Origin: an uncultured Gammaproteobacteria bacterium
GTDB lineage: Bacteria > Patescibacteriota > Microgenomatia > CAZETR01 > Amesbacteraceae
NCBI GenBank assembly: GCA_964518565.1
Contig: CAZFGX010000001.1
Span: forward strand, 905,553 to 969,552
DNA: 64,000 bases
Reading direction: 5' to 3'
Both the position numbers and the translations under genes were made by a program. Within the stretch, counting starts at the first letter, position 1; every line of letters starts with the position of its first letter. Under the pieces are notes generated by a model. The model saw nothing but the letters and a program-made list of their open reading frames with translations, did no database searches and was not told where the DNA came from. Positions 1 to 13,015 of this stretch are shown piece by piece.

Positions 1-106
1 ACAAATCCGCAAAATACACCACCGTCAGCACCGCGATAAATCCGACCAAAAATCCATGCCAATTCCACAATCCAGCCAAAATACACAATCCCAATATCGC
101 TGCCAT
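1..106 (-). CDS. membrane protein, N-terminal fragment (gene continues beyond window start)
   Basis: Reverse-strand ATG at 106..104 opens a hydrophobic ORF (MAAILGLCILAGLWNWHGFLVGFIAVLTVVYFADL...) that runs off the window start. It is not in the supplied ORF track because it is truncated. Confidence 0.3.
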   Translation of the reverse strand, partial: MAAILGLCILAGLWNWHGFLVGFIAVLTVVYFADL

Positions 107-297
107 GACAATCAGCTGCTTCTTTTCTGACCGTCGAAAAGCGCTCTCTAAATGGGGCAAATCCGTGTGAGTGACATAAGTTACACCTTCACGGTCGGTA
201 AACGGCAGGACCATCCGAAAATTCTACCAGTCAATACAAGCGATAGCCACCAAAAATTCATTTAAATAAAGTAAGAATCGAATAAGAAAATCTTCTA

Positions 298-1968
298 CTA
301 GCCAAAGGTAAAAGCAAATGCCCCAATCCCAGATGAAAATTCCAATCTCAACCGATGTTGACCAGATTTTTCCAATTTCACCAAATCATACAGTCGGTCA
401 GTATCCACTACTATATCTTGCAACTTTTCTCCATCCAACCACACATGCACCGTACCTATTCCAGCGGTCGGTGGTCGCATGACCAAAAACACTCGACTCG
501 CTACAAATTCATACTCCAACACCGCAGCCTGCCCACTAATTGCCGCTTCCGGGGTAATATTCCACTGTCCATCCAAACTAAAATGATTTACCTTCACTTT
601 CGGATTCAAACGAAATTGTTGCACTCCATCATCTGCCTTGCCCACCCCATCCAAATACAACATCCGTCTCGACCCCAAATATGTTTCTGGCGACAAAGCT
701 ACACGAGGCGTGTCGTCACTCATGCTACCCGATTTCAACCCATCCACCGTTTGCCCATTTTCTATCAGCAATGCCCGAATCGCGTCTTCAGTCTTATCAT
801 ATTCTCCTTCACCAAAATGGGTATAGCGAATTACCCCCTTGGCATCAATCAAATATTTTGCCGGCCAATATAAATTTTGATAAGCATTCCAGGTCGCATA
901 ATTATTATCCTGTGCCACTGGGTACAAGATGCCAAATTGTTGTATTGCTCGCTGCACATTTGCTGTCTCTTTTTCAAACGCAAACTCTGGTGTATGCACC
1001 CCCACTACTACAAATCCTTTATCTTTATATGTGTTATACCAGCTGGTCACATGTGGAAGCGTCCGAATACAATTGATACAGGTATATGTCCAAAAATCTA
1101 TCAATACCACCTTACCCCGCAACTCTGCCATGGTCAGCGGTTGTGTATTCAGCCACCGTTCAATGCCCACAAACTCCGGCGCCAGAGTCTTGCCCACTGG
1201 CAACGCCGTCTTACCAGTCAGCTCTCTCAATTCGTTTTGCACCGTAGTACTTTTTTCAAACCCACTCGTCACAACCGCCAAGCCTGGCAACCGTTCAAGA
1301 ATTTTTGCCTGCAATAACACATCGTAATGAAAATAAATTCCTACAGCCACGACTAGCATCACCACACCAAACACCTGCTGGATCTTACCCGTAAATCGGT
1401 TTATCAATTTTGTTCTTGCCAAAAACGCCTGCCCACCATACGAAAATGCAAACAACGGGACTCCTACACCAGCCACATATGCAATCGTCACGGCAATAGC
1501 TTGCACCCCCACTCCACCAGTTGCTGCCAAAGTAGCAATTGCTGCCAATATAGGCCCAGCACATGGGGACCACACTCCACCCAGCGACACTCCAGTCAAA
1601 AATCCTGGCCAAAATCCAGCCTGTTTTTCGTTTCCAGCTTTTCCAAACACATTAGCCAACTTTCCTACCAACAGCTCAAACCCTACTGCCAATCGTGGCA
1701 CGATCATCATCACTGCCAAAATCACCAATACCCCCACCGACACCAATCGCAATACTACCGGATCAATACCAAAAACCCTCACCAAAGCCGAAACAGTCAA
1801 CGTAAACACAGTAAAGCTACTCATCACCCCAAGAGTAATTCCTACAGATCGCACTCTTCCTCCACCTCCTGCCACACTAGCCGACAATACGATTGGCAAA
1901 ATTGGCCAAATACATGGTGCCAAAATTGTCACTAGTCCTGATAAAAATGCAAAAAATAATAACAACAT
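298..1968 (-). CDS. DipZ-like thiol:disulfide interchange protein (CcdA/DsbD membrane domain fused to TlpA/ResA-type thioredoxin and a C-terminal domain)
   Basis: 556 aa. N-terminal polytopic CcdA-like region with conserved Cys. Thioredoxin-like CxxC motif WTYTCINCIRTLPHV. The domain order matches mycobacterial DipZ. Confidence 0.75.
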   Translation of the reverse strand: MLLLFFAFLSGLVTILAPCIWPILPIVLSASVAGGGGRVRSVGITLGVMSSFTVFTLTVSALVRVFGIDPVVLRLVSVGVLVILAVMMIVPRLAVGFELLVGKLANVFGKAGNEKQAGFWPGFLTGVSLGGVWSPCAGPILAAIATLAATGGVGVQAIAVTIAYVAGVGVPLFAFSYGGQAFLARTKLINRFTGKIQQVFGVVMLVVAVGIYFHYDVLLQAKILERLPGLAVVTSGFEKSTTVQNELRELTGKTALPVGKTLAPEFVGIERWLNTQPLTMAELRGKVVLIDFWTYTCINCIRTLPHVTSWYNTYKDKGFVVVGVHTPEFAFEKETANVQRAIQQFGILYPVAQDNNYATWNAYQNLYWPAKYLIDAKGVIRYTHFGEGEYDKTEDAIRALLIENGQTVDGLKSGSMSDDTPRVALSPETYLGSRRMLYLDGVGKADDGVQQFRLNPKVKVNHFSLDGQWNITPEAAISGQAAVLEYEFVASRVFLVMRPPTAGIGTVHVWLDGEKLQDIVVDTDRLYDLVKLEKSGQHRLRLEFSSGIGAFAFTFG

Positions 1969-2024
1969 ATATTTTCCACCTCGCCCCTGTGCATCTTTGA
2001 CAGAGGCGAGAGAGTAAATTTTGC

Positions 2025-2633
2025 CTACTTCGGCATCAACACACTATCAATTACATGAGTGACTCCATTGCTAGAGATCACGTCAGCAATATCAATCATA
2101 GCTGATCCATTAATCCACCATTGACCTTTCTTCATAGTAAAAGTCAGCATCTGTCCATTCACAGTTTTCAGAGTCATTCCTTCTTTGATATCTGTAGAAC
2201 GATAGACTCCTGGCACTACGTGATAGGTCAATATACCAGTCAACTTCATTTTGTTTTCTGGCTTGAGCAGTGTTTCCACAGTGCCTGTTGGCAATTTAGC
2301 AAACGCCTCATTGGTTGGTGCAAAGACTGTAAAGGGTCCTTTACCTTTCAAGGTCTCTACCAGCCCAGCCGCTTTTACCGCAGCTACGACAGTGGTGTGA
2401 TCTTTTGAATTCATCGCATTATCGATGATGTCTTTATCTGCAGTCATCAATGCTCCTCCCACCATCACTCCCTCTTTTTGCATCATTTCTGTTGGCTCCA
2501 AGGTTTGCACAGTGTCATAGTCGGATGGATTCATTGCTCTATCTCCTTCTTTACTCGCTTTCATTACTGCAAATACACCAACAAACAACAAAACTAATAC
2601 AATCAAGATCAACATCAAATTTTTGTTATTCAT
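2025..2633 (-). CDS. fasciclin (FAS1) domain protein, secreted/membrane-anchored
   Basis: 202 aa. N-terminal signal/TM segment. FAS1 motifs TVFAPTNEAF and VTHVIDSVLMP. Confidence 0.8.
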   Translation of the reverse strand: MNNKNLMLILIVLVLLFVGVFAVMKASKEGDRAMNPSDYDTVQTLEPTEMMQKEGVMVGGALMTADKDIIDNAMNSKDHTTVVAAVKAAGLVETLKGKGPFTVFAPTNEAFAKLPTGTVETLLKPENKMKLTGILTYHVVPGVYRSTDIKEGMTLKTVNGQMLTFTMKKGQWWINGSAMIDIADVISSNGVTHVIDSVLMPK

Positions 2634-2665
2634 CGTTACTCACCTCCTCCCCAACTCTTTCTATT

Positions 2666-6137
<3,472 letters not shown>

Positions 6138-6141
<4 letters not shown>

Positions 6142-6446
6142 CGTTTACGCATCAAATTACTCGCTTCTCGTGGCCATTCACTTGTCTCTACCTTTTTTAT
6201 TCCGTTCTCTTCCATAATCTCATCTAGTCTTGTGGTATTCGTAGCTGCCAATTGTTTATAACTATAAATTCCAGCTTCAAACAATGCTTCTTCTACTTTT
6301 TTTGTTATCCCAAAAATTTGCTTCAGATCATCTGGCTCTGACGCAGTCGCAACCACTTCTTGTTTACCCACGCCTCGCCACAAATATCCCAACACAAAAG
6401 ATCCTGCCAACATCACAAATATTTCGATCAAATGTTTATTGAACAT
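6138..6446 (-). CDS. hypothetical small membrane protein with HhH-like C-terminus
   Basis: 102 aa. One N-terminal TM segment. C-terminal LKQIFGITKKVEEALFEAGIYSYKQLA resembles a helix-hairpin-helix. Confidence 0.4.
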
Positions 6447-6912
6447 ACACTTCTACTCGACGAGATTTAGCTTTTTCTTCTTCACTCGCAGTGGCTGATT
6501 GGCCTTCTATTCCTTTGGCTTCTACCATAATTTTTTCCGTCTCGACCCCCATCCCTACTAGTTTTTGCTTAATCACATTTGCTCGAGCCAAAGACATTTG
6601 TTGATACCCAGCAGTTCGCCCCAGGTTTGCACTATACCCAACCAGTCGTACCTTTTTATCGGAATTTTCTTTTACAAAACCGGCCACATCTTTTAAATAT
6701 TGGTCTACTTCAGCACCAGCTGTGTAGTTCACACTACTAGGCAAAAAATAAATTGCATGTGCATTACTAAATTTATTTTCCGCCTCTGTCACCACCTCTA
6801 CTTCAGAGCCAGTGGGCTGCTGGCATTGGCCCTTAATTTTACAAATATACCAATAAGCAGAAAATCCCATCCAGATAATAATTGCGGTCAACACCAAATT
6901 TCGTTTTGTCAT
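6436..6912 (-). CDS. OmpA/MotB-like peptidoglycan-binding domain protein
   Basis: 158 aa. N-terminal TM segment. OmpA-C-like core (RLVGYSANLGRTAGYQQMSLARANVIKQKL...RRVEV). Confidence 0.65.
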   Translation of the reverse strand: MTKRNLVLTAIIIWMGFSAYWYICKIKGQCQQPTGSEVEVVTEAENKFSNAHAIYFLPSSVNYTAGAEVDQYLKDVAGFVKENSDKKVRLVGYSANLGRTAGYQQMSLARANVIKQKLVGMGVETEKIMVEAKGIEGQSATASEEEKAKSRRVEVYVQ

Positions 6913-6967
6913 GCTTTAAATATTTAAACTATTTGCTGTAAATAATCAAGAGCCTATATAGTAGTAG

Positions 6968-7330
6968 ATGACTATGCCAAGCCGTTTTTATCAAAACACT
7001 GTCTGGACCAATCATGCTCTCCAGCGTCTCAGCGATCGTCGCTTGTCCCAGGACATGGCCTGGAAAGCTTTCCAATATCCAGACGAGGTCTTCCAAAAAT
7101 CCGATGGCTCAGCTCAATACAAACGTCGCTATGGTATTCACACTGTTTCAGTTATCGCCAAAAAAAATGACGCCCAAGAATGGGTCATCCTCTCTTGTTG
7201 GATGGACCCACCAGCCAAAGGCACCAAAGACGATTTCAAACGCCAACGCTACTATCGCTACAAAAATGCCGATCTCTGGACCAAGATTCGCATGCAAATC
7301 AATCGCTTATTGTTTGGTTTAGATTTCTAA
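6968..7330 (+). CDS. hypothetical protein
   Basis: 120-aa ORF with no recognised motif. Confidence 0.35.
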   Translation: MTMPSRFYQNTVWTNHALQRLSDRRLSQDMAWKAFQYPDEVFQKSDGSAQYKRRYGIHTVSVIAKKNDAQEWVILSCWMDPPAKGTKDDFKRQRYYRYKNADLWTKIRMQINRLLFGLDF

Positions 7331-7629
7331 TACACACTACAAATCAAGTTTTTCTCTCGAATCGTTGAATAGTCCAACAGCTGTTTTACACCCAATAAAA
7401 AATCCGGGTCATATGATGTGACATACTCTTTCCCTCGCCGCGGATGATCGTAACGCAATCGGGCGGAACTCAACGATAGCAAAAAGTCCTGCCACCATTC
7501 GGTCTCTCCATGCACATATACATCCGGCTCATCGCTCAAAATATGTACCATTCTTCCATAGACCAGCAGCCCACCCATATAAAAATCTTGTACGTCCAAA
7601 GTCTTGTTCATGTGTTCAGCGCGAATCAT
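7327..7629 (-). CDS. hypothetical protein
   Basis: 100-aa ORF with no recognised motif. Confidence 0.3.
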   Translation of the reverse strand: MIRAEHMNKTLDVQDFYMGGLLVYGRMVHILSDEPDVYVHGETEWWQDFLLSLSSARLRYDHPRRGKEYVTSYDPDFLLGVKQLLDYSTIREKNLICSVY

Positions 7630-7645
7630 GGCGCCGATTATACAC

Positions 7646-8815
7646 CTACGATACGAAGGTCAATGCCTTACCCGTGGCCGATCCTCGACCTGTCCGCCCA
7701 ATTCGATGAACATAATCATCATACGTCGCTGGTTCATCAAAATTGATCACATGTGACACCCCATCAATATCCAATCCTCGAGCCGCCACATCTGTCGCGA
7801 CCAAAATGTTCAGAGCATTGTCTTTAAATTGACGTAACACTTTTAGTCGTTGATTTTGAGATTTATTTCCATGAATCGATCCCGCCAAAAATCCATTTTT
7901 TTGTAACGCAATCGCCAGCTTTTCTACTCCCCACTTGGTTCTACCAAAAATAATCACTTTTCGAAATTCATCCTGGACTAACAACTCTCTCAATTTTTCC
8001 AATTTTTCATCCAAATCTCGCACACGAATCACATCCTGATGCACCTGTGACGAAGTCTCCCTCACTTTTACCGACACTTGCACAGGATCTTTGGCAAATG
8101 TCCGAATCAATTGGTCAATATCTTTAGACAGTGTTGCCGAAAAAAACAGCGATTGTCGCTCACTTGGCAACAACCCCAAAATAAATCGGATGTCATGAAT
8201 AAAGCCAATATCCAGCATTCTATCTACTTCATCCAACACCACAGTTTTATAAGCTTGCAAATTGACTGCCTTTCGCCCAATCAAATCCTTCAGCCGTCCT
8301 GGGGTACAAATCAGCACATGCGGTTGGCGTTGTAGCTCCCAAATTTGCTTATTCATACTTCCACCACCAATACAAAGTACTGAATAAATCCCCATTCCAG
8401 TAGTAAATCCTCGCAACTCATCTTGGATTTGGCTAGCCAACTCTCGTGTTGGCGCCATCACCAACAATCGTTCCTGTCGGTTTTGCAACATTTTATGAAT
8501 ACTTGGCAACAAAAACGCCGCTGTTTTCCCTGTGCCAGTATTAGCGATTCCCACTACATCACGACCAGCCAAAATAGGTTTCATTGCCTGATCTTGAATT
8601 GGAGTTGGATAGGTATAACCCTTTTTCCCAATCAAGCTCAACAGTCTTGGATCAAAACCAAAATCCGAAAACGTGTGGGTTGCCTCATATGCTACTTGTT
8701 CCACTTCTTGAACTTGGGTATTCACATATGCTCGAGGGTCTACACTACTACCACCAAAATTCCGCCGTGGTCGCGGCGAATTAAATCTTCGTGATGCTCG
8801 ATATGGTCGGTACAT
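7646..8815 (-). CDS. DEAD-box ATP-dependent RNA helicase
   Basis: 389 aa. Q-motif region, Walker A TGTGKTAAF, DEVD (DEAD variant), SAT, HRIGRTGR. Arg-rich N-terminal tail. Confidence 0.9.
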   Translation of the reverse strand: MYRPYRASRRFNSPRPRRNFGGSSVDPRAYVNTQVQEVEQVAYEATHTFSDFGFDPRLLSLIGKKGYTYPTPIQDQAMKPILAGRDVVGIANTGTGKTAAFLLPSIHKMLQNRQERLLVMAPTRELASQIQDELRGFTTGMGIYSVLCIGGGSMNKQIWELQRQPHVLICTPGRLKDLIGRKAVNLQAYKTVVLDEVDRMLDIGFIHDIRFILGLLPSERQSLFFSATLSKDIDQLIRTFAKDPVQVSVKVRETSSQVHQDVIRVRDLDEKLEKLRELLVQDEFRKVIIFGRTKWGVEKLAIALQKNGFLAGSIHGNKSQNQRLKVLRQFKDNALNILVATDVAARGLDIDGVSHVINFDEPATYDDYVHRIGRTGRGSATGKALTFVS

Positions 8816-8987
8816 AGAAATACAAAAAAATAACGTAAATTTCGATTATTTAAAGAGCCTTCGCATCAAAAACAAAAAACGAATACTGATATGCAAGGCA
8901 AATCGGAGCCGGAAATGAAGTAAAAAAATCTAAATTCTAATCTCTCAATTCAAACTCTACTACCCATTATATACCCCAACTGATCAA

Positions 8988-9449
8988 ATGTCAAAGCACT
9001 ATAGGATATATACACCTATTGAGCTTGGTGGTATCATCGTTCGTATGAAAGGGTTTCGTGATTTTATCCTCCGTGGCAATGTCGTCGATCTGGCCGTAGC
9101 CGTGGTCATCGGTGCCGCCTTCAACAATGTCGTCAATGCACTCGTCAAAGACCTGATTACTCCCCTAATTGGTGCCATTGGTGGCCAACCAGATTTTTCC
9201 AATTTTATGGTCACTATAAACGGCGCAGATTTTGCTATTGGCACCTTTATCAACGCCGTCATTTCCTTCCTGATCATTGCCGCTGTCGTCTATTTCCTAG
9301 TCGTCATGCCAATGTCCAAGTTAATGGCTACCTTAAAAAAATCTGAGCCCACAGCTGCTCCTACTGAAAAAATTTGCCCCGAATGTCTCAGTGCAGTACC
9401 TCTAGCTGCCAAACGCTGCAAATTCTGCACCTCTCCTCTAAAAAAATAG
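8988..9449 (+). CDS. mscL: large-conductance mechanosensitive channel MscL with C-terminal zinc-ribbon extension
   Basis: 153 aa. MscL signature GNVVDLAVAVVIGAAFNNVVNALVKDLITPLIG. Extra C-terminal CPEC...CKFC four-cysteine motif. Confidence 0.8.
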   Translation: MSKHYRIYTPIELGGIIVRMKGFRDFILRGNVVDLAVAVVIGAAFNNVVNALVKDLITPLIGAIGGQPDFSNFMVTINGADFAIGTFINAVISFLIIAAVVYFLVVMPMSKLMATLKKSEPTAAPTEKICPECLSAVPLAAKRCKFCTSPLKK

Positions 9450-9481
9450 CGCCCTCAGATTGCTCCTCAGGCGCCAACTGA

Positions 9482-9937
9482 CTATTTCCACAAAGCCAAC
9501 GCTATAGTAAATACTGTCAAACTTACATATATCGTTACGACAAGTGACAAATCGATAGAAAAACGAATAGTAATCAACTCATCTGGATCCATCTTTACCA
9601 CTCCTTGGCGCAATTTCTTCATCAACGTTTTGATTTCAGAAAATCCAGACAAAATAGGCGTCTTAAAAGAAAGGATCTTTTTGATTTGTCTAAAAACCCC
9701 TTCAAATGGTTCTCGTACATCGCCAGAGATCTGAGGATACCACTGCTGAAGCAGACGTATGAATAACCACAATAGACACACTAACAATCCGACCAATCCA
9801 TACGGCTGGCCAACTAAAACTAGAAAAACACAAAAAACAAATGAGCACCATGCCAGGCTATCGACCAACCACTGTGCAAACGTATACTTCTGCCTATCTG
9901 AACCATTGTCCATGTCTATACCTCCAAATATTCTCAA
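9482..9937 (-). CDS. hypothetical membrane protein
   Basis: 151 aa with three or more hydrophobic segments and no recognised motif. Confidence 0.4.
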   Translation of the reverse strand: MRIFGGIDMDNGSDRQKYTFAQWLVDSLAWCSFVFCVFLVLVGQPYGLVGLLVCLLWLFIRLLQQWYPQISGDVREPFEGVFRQIKKILSFKTPILSGFSEIKTLMKKLRQGVVKMDPDELITIRFSIDLSLVVTIYVSLTVFTIALALWK

Positions 9938-10079
9938 AGTACAACAAACTATGTTTTATCTCATAAAACAGCCATTTGTTTTTGAGTAAAACAGGTAAAT
10001 TATAACAAAACTTCTTTTTATCAAAATCTTACAAATTTTTTATACTCTTCTTATCTCACGGTTTTTTAATCAAAATTGT

Positions 10080-10622
10080 ATGAAAGCATATCGAACCGGA
10101 AAAATTCATTCCGAAAATTTCACTATCCCAATCAAATTGTATCCAGTTGTTAAAAAGCCGCCCAAGCTGGCCAAATTAATCGACAAAAAAATACACCCCT
10201 CTATAGGTCTGGACTACTTCTCCAAAAAAATTCTCACCTATCAACCCACAACCACATACACCAACAAATCCGTGTTTCCTATTCTCCAATTTTGCAATCT
10301 CAATCAAGTCGATTGGCGTTTATTAAACAAATCCTACTACGCCATACCCTGCAAAAAAACCGACGGCTGGTACGAAGCCCTTACCCATGTCTTATTTTAT
10401 ACAAAAAAGGCTGCTGTTATTGGATTTCCCACTCGAGCCTCAAATATATCTTCGGCTATTTTGATGAGCAATTCAGACTACTTACTTCTATTTCAACTCC
10501 ACAACTTCAACCAACTATCTCCTATTCCCCAATATTCCACTCCTATCTCAGATCCTCAAAAAAATCAGCTCCTACTAAAACAAGTGAATCAACAAACCAA
10601 ATGCTTTCCCTCACTAGATTAA
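10080..10622 (+). CDS. Ku-like protein (minimal/divergent Ku beta-barrel core)
   Basis: 180 aa. The N-terminus MKAYRTGKIHSENFTIPIKLYPV resembles bacterial Ku (…IWKGSISFGLVNIPVKLYSA). The central block NKSYYAIPCKKTDGWYEALTHVLFYTKKAAVIGF resembles Ku (DRSYFLEPD…KSYVLLAKTLAETDRMAIVHF). It is shorter than typical Ku (about 260-300 aa). Confidence 0.4.
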   Translation: MKAYRTGKIHSENFTIPIKLYPVVKKPPKLAKLIDKKIHPSIGLDYFSKKILTYQPTTTYTNKSVFPILQFCNLNQVDWRLLNKSYYAIPCKKTDGWYEALTHVLFYTKKAAVIGFPTRASNISSAILMSNSDYLLLFQLHNFNQLSPIPQYSTPISDPQKNQLLLKQVNQQTKCFPSLD

Positions 10623-10642
10623 TCTCAAACCGACTCGAAAAA

Positions 10643-10855
10643 TTATTGACCTGAATTTGGAGTATTAATATTTACATCCACCTTATCAGGCACTGAAATC
10701 TGAGGTGGTGTTGTAGCTCGTCGCAACATCGGCAAACCGTATACAAAGAACAAAAATCCCATGACCAAAACGATCAATAAAGCAACAATAGTCCCGACAC
10801 TATTGTCAGATCCTCCTGAGTTGTTTGCTGGTGGGGTGTTTACAATTGTTGTCAT
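10643..10855 (-). CDS. hypothetical small membrane protein
   Basis: 70 aa with a single TM (IVALLIVLVMGFLFFVYGL). Confidence 0.3.
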   Translation of the reverse strand: MTTIVNTPPANNSGGSDNSVGTIVALLIVLVMGFLFFVYGLPMLRRATTPPQISVPDKVDVNINTPNSGQ

Positions 10856-10928
10856 AAAAATTATCTATCTGTAGATTAAAACAACCACATAAAATACTCA
10901 TCAGAAAAATGTAAGGAAATTGTAAGTT

Positions 10929-11480
10929 TTACTTCTTTGTCGGCTTTGTCACCAACCACAAACCTATTCCACTTCCCACTATCGTTGCCAACCATGTACC
11001 TATCACCAGTCGCGTTACCATATCAATTCTCTTTTCCACCTCGCGCAAAGATCTGCCTACAGTCACATAACCTTTTTTCGCCCCATCAAACCACACAGTT
11101 ACGGTAGCCAATCTGAGGCCTGGCTTCGGTGCCCAAGTCACTCGATTTTGCCCATGGGCTTTGGCATACTCCAATACTCCACTCGGCAGTACTGGTGTTT
11201 TCCCATCAATCTGTGTCGTACTTCCCTGGACCACCCCCTGATCATCAAATACCAAAATAAACGGCGACAAACTTACACTCGGATCTACTGTTCCATCCAA
11301 AAACCATCCTGTCGAATATTTGCCCTCAAAACCTATCCATCGTGCCAAATCCTCGGCCATCTGCACCGGCACTTCGTTTGCTTCCTGTCGAATATTTTGC
11401 TGCATTGCTACAAAAACGGATCCCAAGATTCCCGAACTCACCAAAATGACCAATACCCATATTTTCATCCGCCAACTCAT
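10929..11480 (-). CDS. hypothetical membrane-anchored protein
   Basis: 183 aa with an N-terminal and a C-terminal TM segment. Unknown family. Confidence 0.45.
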   Translation of the reverse strand: MSWRMKIWVLVILVSSGILGSVFVAMQQNIRQEANEVPVQMAEDLARWIGFEGKYSTGWFLDGTVDPSVSLSPFILVFDDQGVVQGSTTQIDGKTPVLPSGVLEYAKAHGQNRVTWAPKPGLRLATVTVWFDGAKKGYVTVGRSLREVEKRIDMVTRLVIGTWLATIVGSGIGLWLVTKPTKK

Positions 11481-11506
11481 ACTCTATATAGAGAGTATAC
11501 ACAACT

Positions 11507-12058
11507 CTACGCGTTTGGATCTGGCGGCAAAAATTCTTCCCCACCCGAATTATCAAATGACTGTTCAGCCTTCAACCATTCTATATAGTCACACCCTGTG
11601 GCCTTCTTTGTCTCACGATCCCAGCCAGACGTACTACATTTTTTCATCTTTTTTCCAGCTGCCGTAGTAAACAACACTAATTTTTCTCCACATTTTGGAC
11701 ATACTTCATCTAGCTGTTCCGTTGTTCCATTTATCCATTCCACATAATCACACCCCGTAGCTTTCTTTGCCGCACTATCCCATCCTCCAGTACTACATTT
11801 TTTCATCTTTTTACCAAATCGTGTCACTTGGAGTACCAAAGGATTTCCACATTTCGGACAATTCTCATCCAGCACTTTTGGCTCCACCGCCAACCATTTT
11901 ACATAGTCACACCCTTCATTTTTTTTTGTTTCTTTATTCCAACTACCATTACTACACCGTTGCAATTTTCGCCCTGTCGGCGTTTCAGTTACATCACCCA
12001 GTGGTGAACCACATTTTGGACAAAGCTCTGCATCCATGGTGGAAAGCATATCACACAC
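11507..12058 (-). CDS. protein composed of three tandem topoisomerase-type C4 zinc-ribbon repeats
   Basis: 183 aa. Three units of about 58 aa, each CPKCG…(K)KMKKCS(T)GW(D)…KKATGCDY(V/I)EW, as in the topoisomerase I/YrdD DNA-binding zinc ribbons. The DNA shows the corresponding ~174-nt periodicity. Confidence 0.65.
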   Translation of the reverse strand: MCDMLSTMDAELCPKCGSPLGDVTETPTGRKLQRCSNGSWNKETKKNEGCDYVKWLAVEPKVLDENCPKCGNPLVLQVTRFGKKMKKCSTGGWDSAAKKATGCDYVEWINGTTEQLDEVCPKCGEKLVLFTTAAGKKMKKCSTSGWDRETKKATGCDYIEWLKAEQSFDNSGGEEFLPPDPNA

Positions 12059-12061
12059 CCA

Positions 12062-12472
12062 TTACCACGTCACCTGTTTTTTCATCCATTCTACAAATGT
12101 CTCCGGACAAGCCATAGTCGACAGCCTTCCTTGCTTCACCAGAGCAAAATCTGCAAACTGTTTTTCTCCTTTTACCTGAGCTAGACTCACTTGTTCACCT
12201 TCTGCAAACTTCTTCTCAAACCCTATTTTGGCTACCCAACTCGGCCTACTGTCTGCTGTATTTTCATAAGGCTCCCCTAGCACCTTGGCTATTCCTACAA
12301 TTCGTTTTTGTTCGCCCGAATGGTAAATAAATATGCGGTCTCCTGTTTTCCAAGACCGAATCACCGCTATCGCAGTATAGTTGTGTACCCCATCCCACAC
12401 CGTCTCTCCATCCCGCTCCAGATCTTCTATGGAATAAGTGCCCGGTTCAGTCTTGGCCAAAAAATAATTCAT
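12062..12472 (-). CDS. EVE (PUA-like) domain protein
   Basis: Start moved to the internal ATG at 12472 (MNYFLAKTEPGTYSIEDL…) from the longer 12694 ORF. EVE-type motifs YHSGEQKRIVGIAKV and WVAKIGF. Confidence 0.65.
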   Translation of the reverse strand: MNYFLAKTEPGTYSIEDLERDGETVWDGVHNYTAIAVIRSWKTGDRIFIYHSGEQKRIVGIAKVLGEPYENTADSRPSWVAKIGFEKKFAEGEQVSLAQVKGEKQFADFALVKQGRLSTMACPETFVEWMKKQVTW

Positions 12473-12533
12473 AGCCCTAATTGTAATATATCCACAAACA
12501 TCCACAACATGTGCACAACTGCCACGACATTGC

Positions 12534-12977
12534 GTGGATAACATGTGGATGATATCGTGTAGAAATATGGCATATATCAAAGTCCACATTGTCCCAAACC
12601 AAGAAATTTCTCTTGAAGGTGATGATCTCACAATCGAGCGTGTATTAGATAAATATTTCCCCCCCGCGCCAGTCGTCACGCAACCCACCACCAACTCTTC
12701 GCTCCACGACCTAGTTTACAAATCTTTACCCAAATCAGAAGCCGAATGGCTCATAATTTACGCATATTATCTAGATAAATCAGAATTTACTCGCCAAGAT
12801 ATTATTACGTCGTACAAATCCACGCAAAGATACACGCACAATCACAGTAAAAACCTAAGTTTCAATATAAAAACTTGTATCAAAAATTCTTGGATTCGTG
12901 CCATTTCAGCCTCCACATTTGCCCTTACCCCTACTGGCCAAAACCATATCCAGACTATTTTGTCTCGAAATGCATAA
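12534..12977 (+). CDS. hypothetical protein
   Basis: 147-aa ORF with no motif. The true start may be the internal MAYIKV. Confidence 0.3.
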   Translation: MDNMWMISCRNMAYIKVHIVPNQEISLEGDDLTIERVLDKYFPPAPVVTQPTTNSSLHDLVYKSLPKSEAEWLIIYAYYLDKSEFTRQDIITSYKSTQRYTHNHSKNLSFNIKTCIKNSWIRAISASTFALTPTGQNHIQTILSRNA

Positions 12978-13015
12978 AAAAAGGGCGGATAGCTTTACAG
13001 CCACCCGCCCAACGA

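Noticed and set aside
355-1935. Plus-strand ORFs (355..873, 877..1317, 1501..1935 and others) overlapping the DipZ-like gene, and similar antisense ORFs inside gpmI, eno, ABC transporter, dnaG and rpoD
   Set aside because: These are shadow ORFs in the frame opposite well-supported conserved genes. Their amino-acid composition is low-complexity or Cys/His-rich and they lack an RBS.
10292-10654. Alternative-frame ORF overlapping the Ku-like gene
   Set aside because: It overlaps the frame carrying the Ku-like conserved blocks, has no motif, and is Leu/Ser-rich, which is typical of an out-of-frame translation.
12062-12694. Long 210-aa form of the EVE-domain ORF starting at 12694
   Set aside because: The N-terminal 74 aa are Cys/His-rich and of low complexity with no RBS, whereas the internal ATG at 12472 begins the conserved EVE fold. 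The upstream extension is probably spurious.
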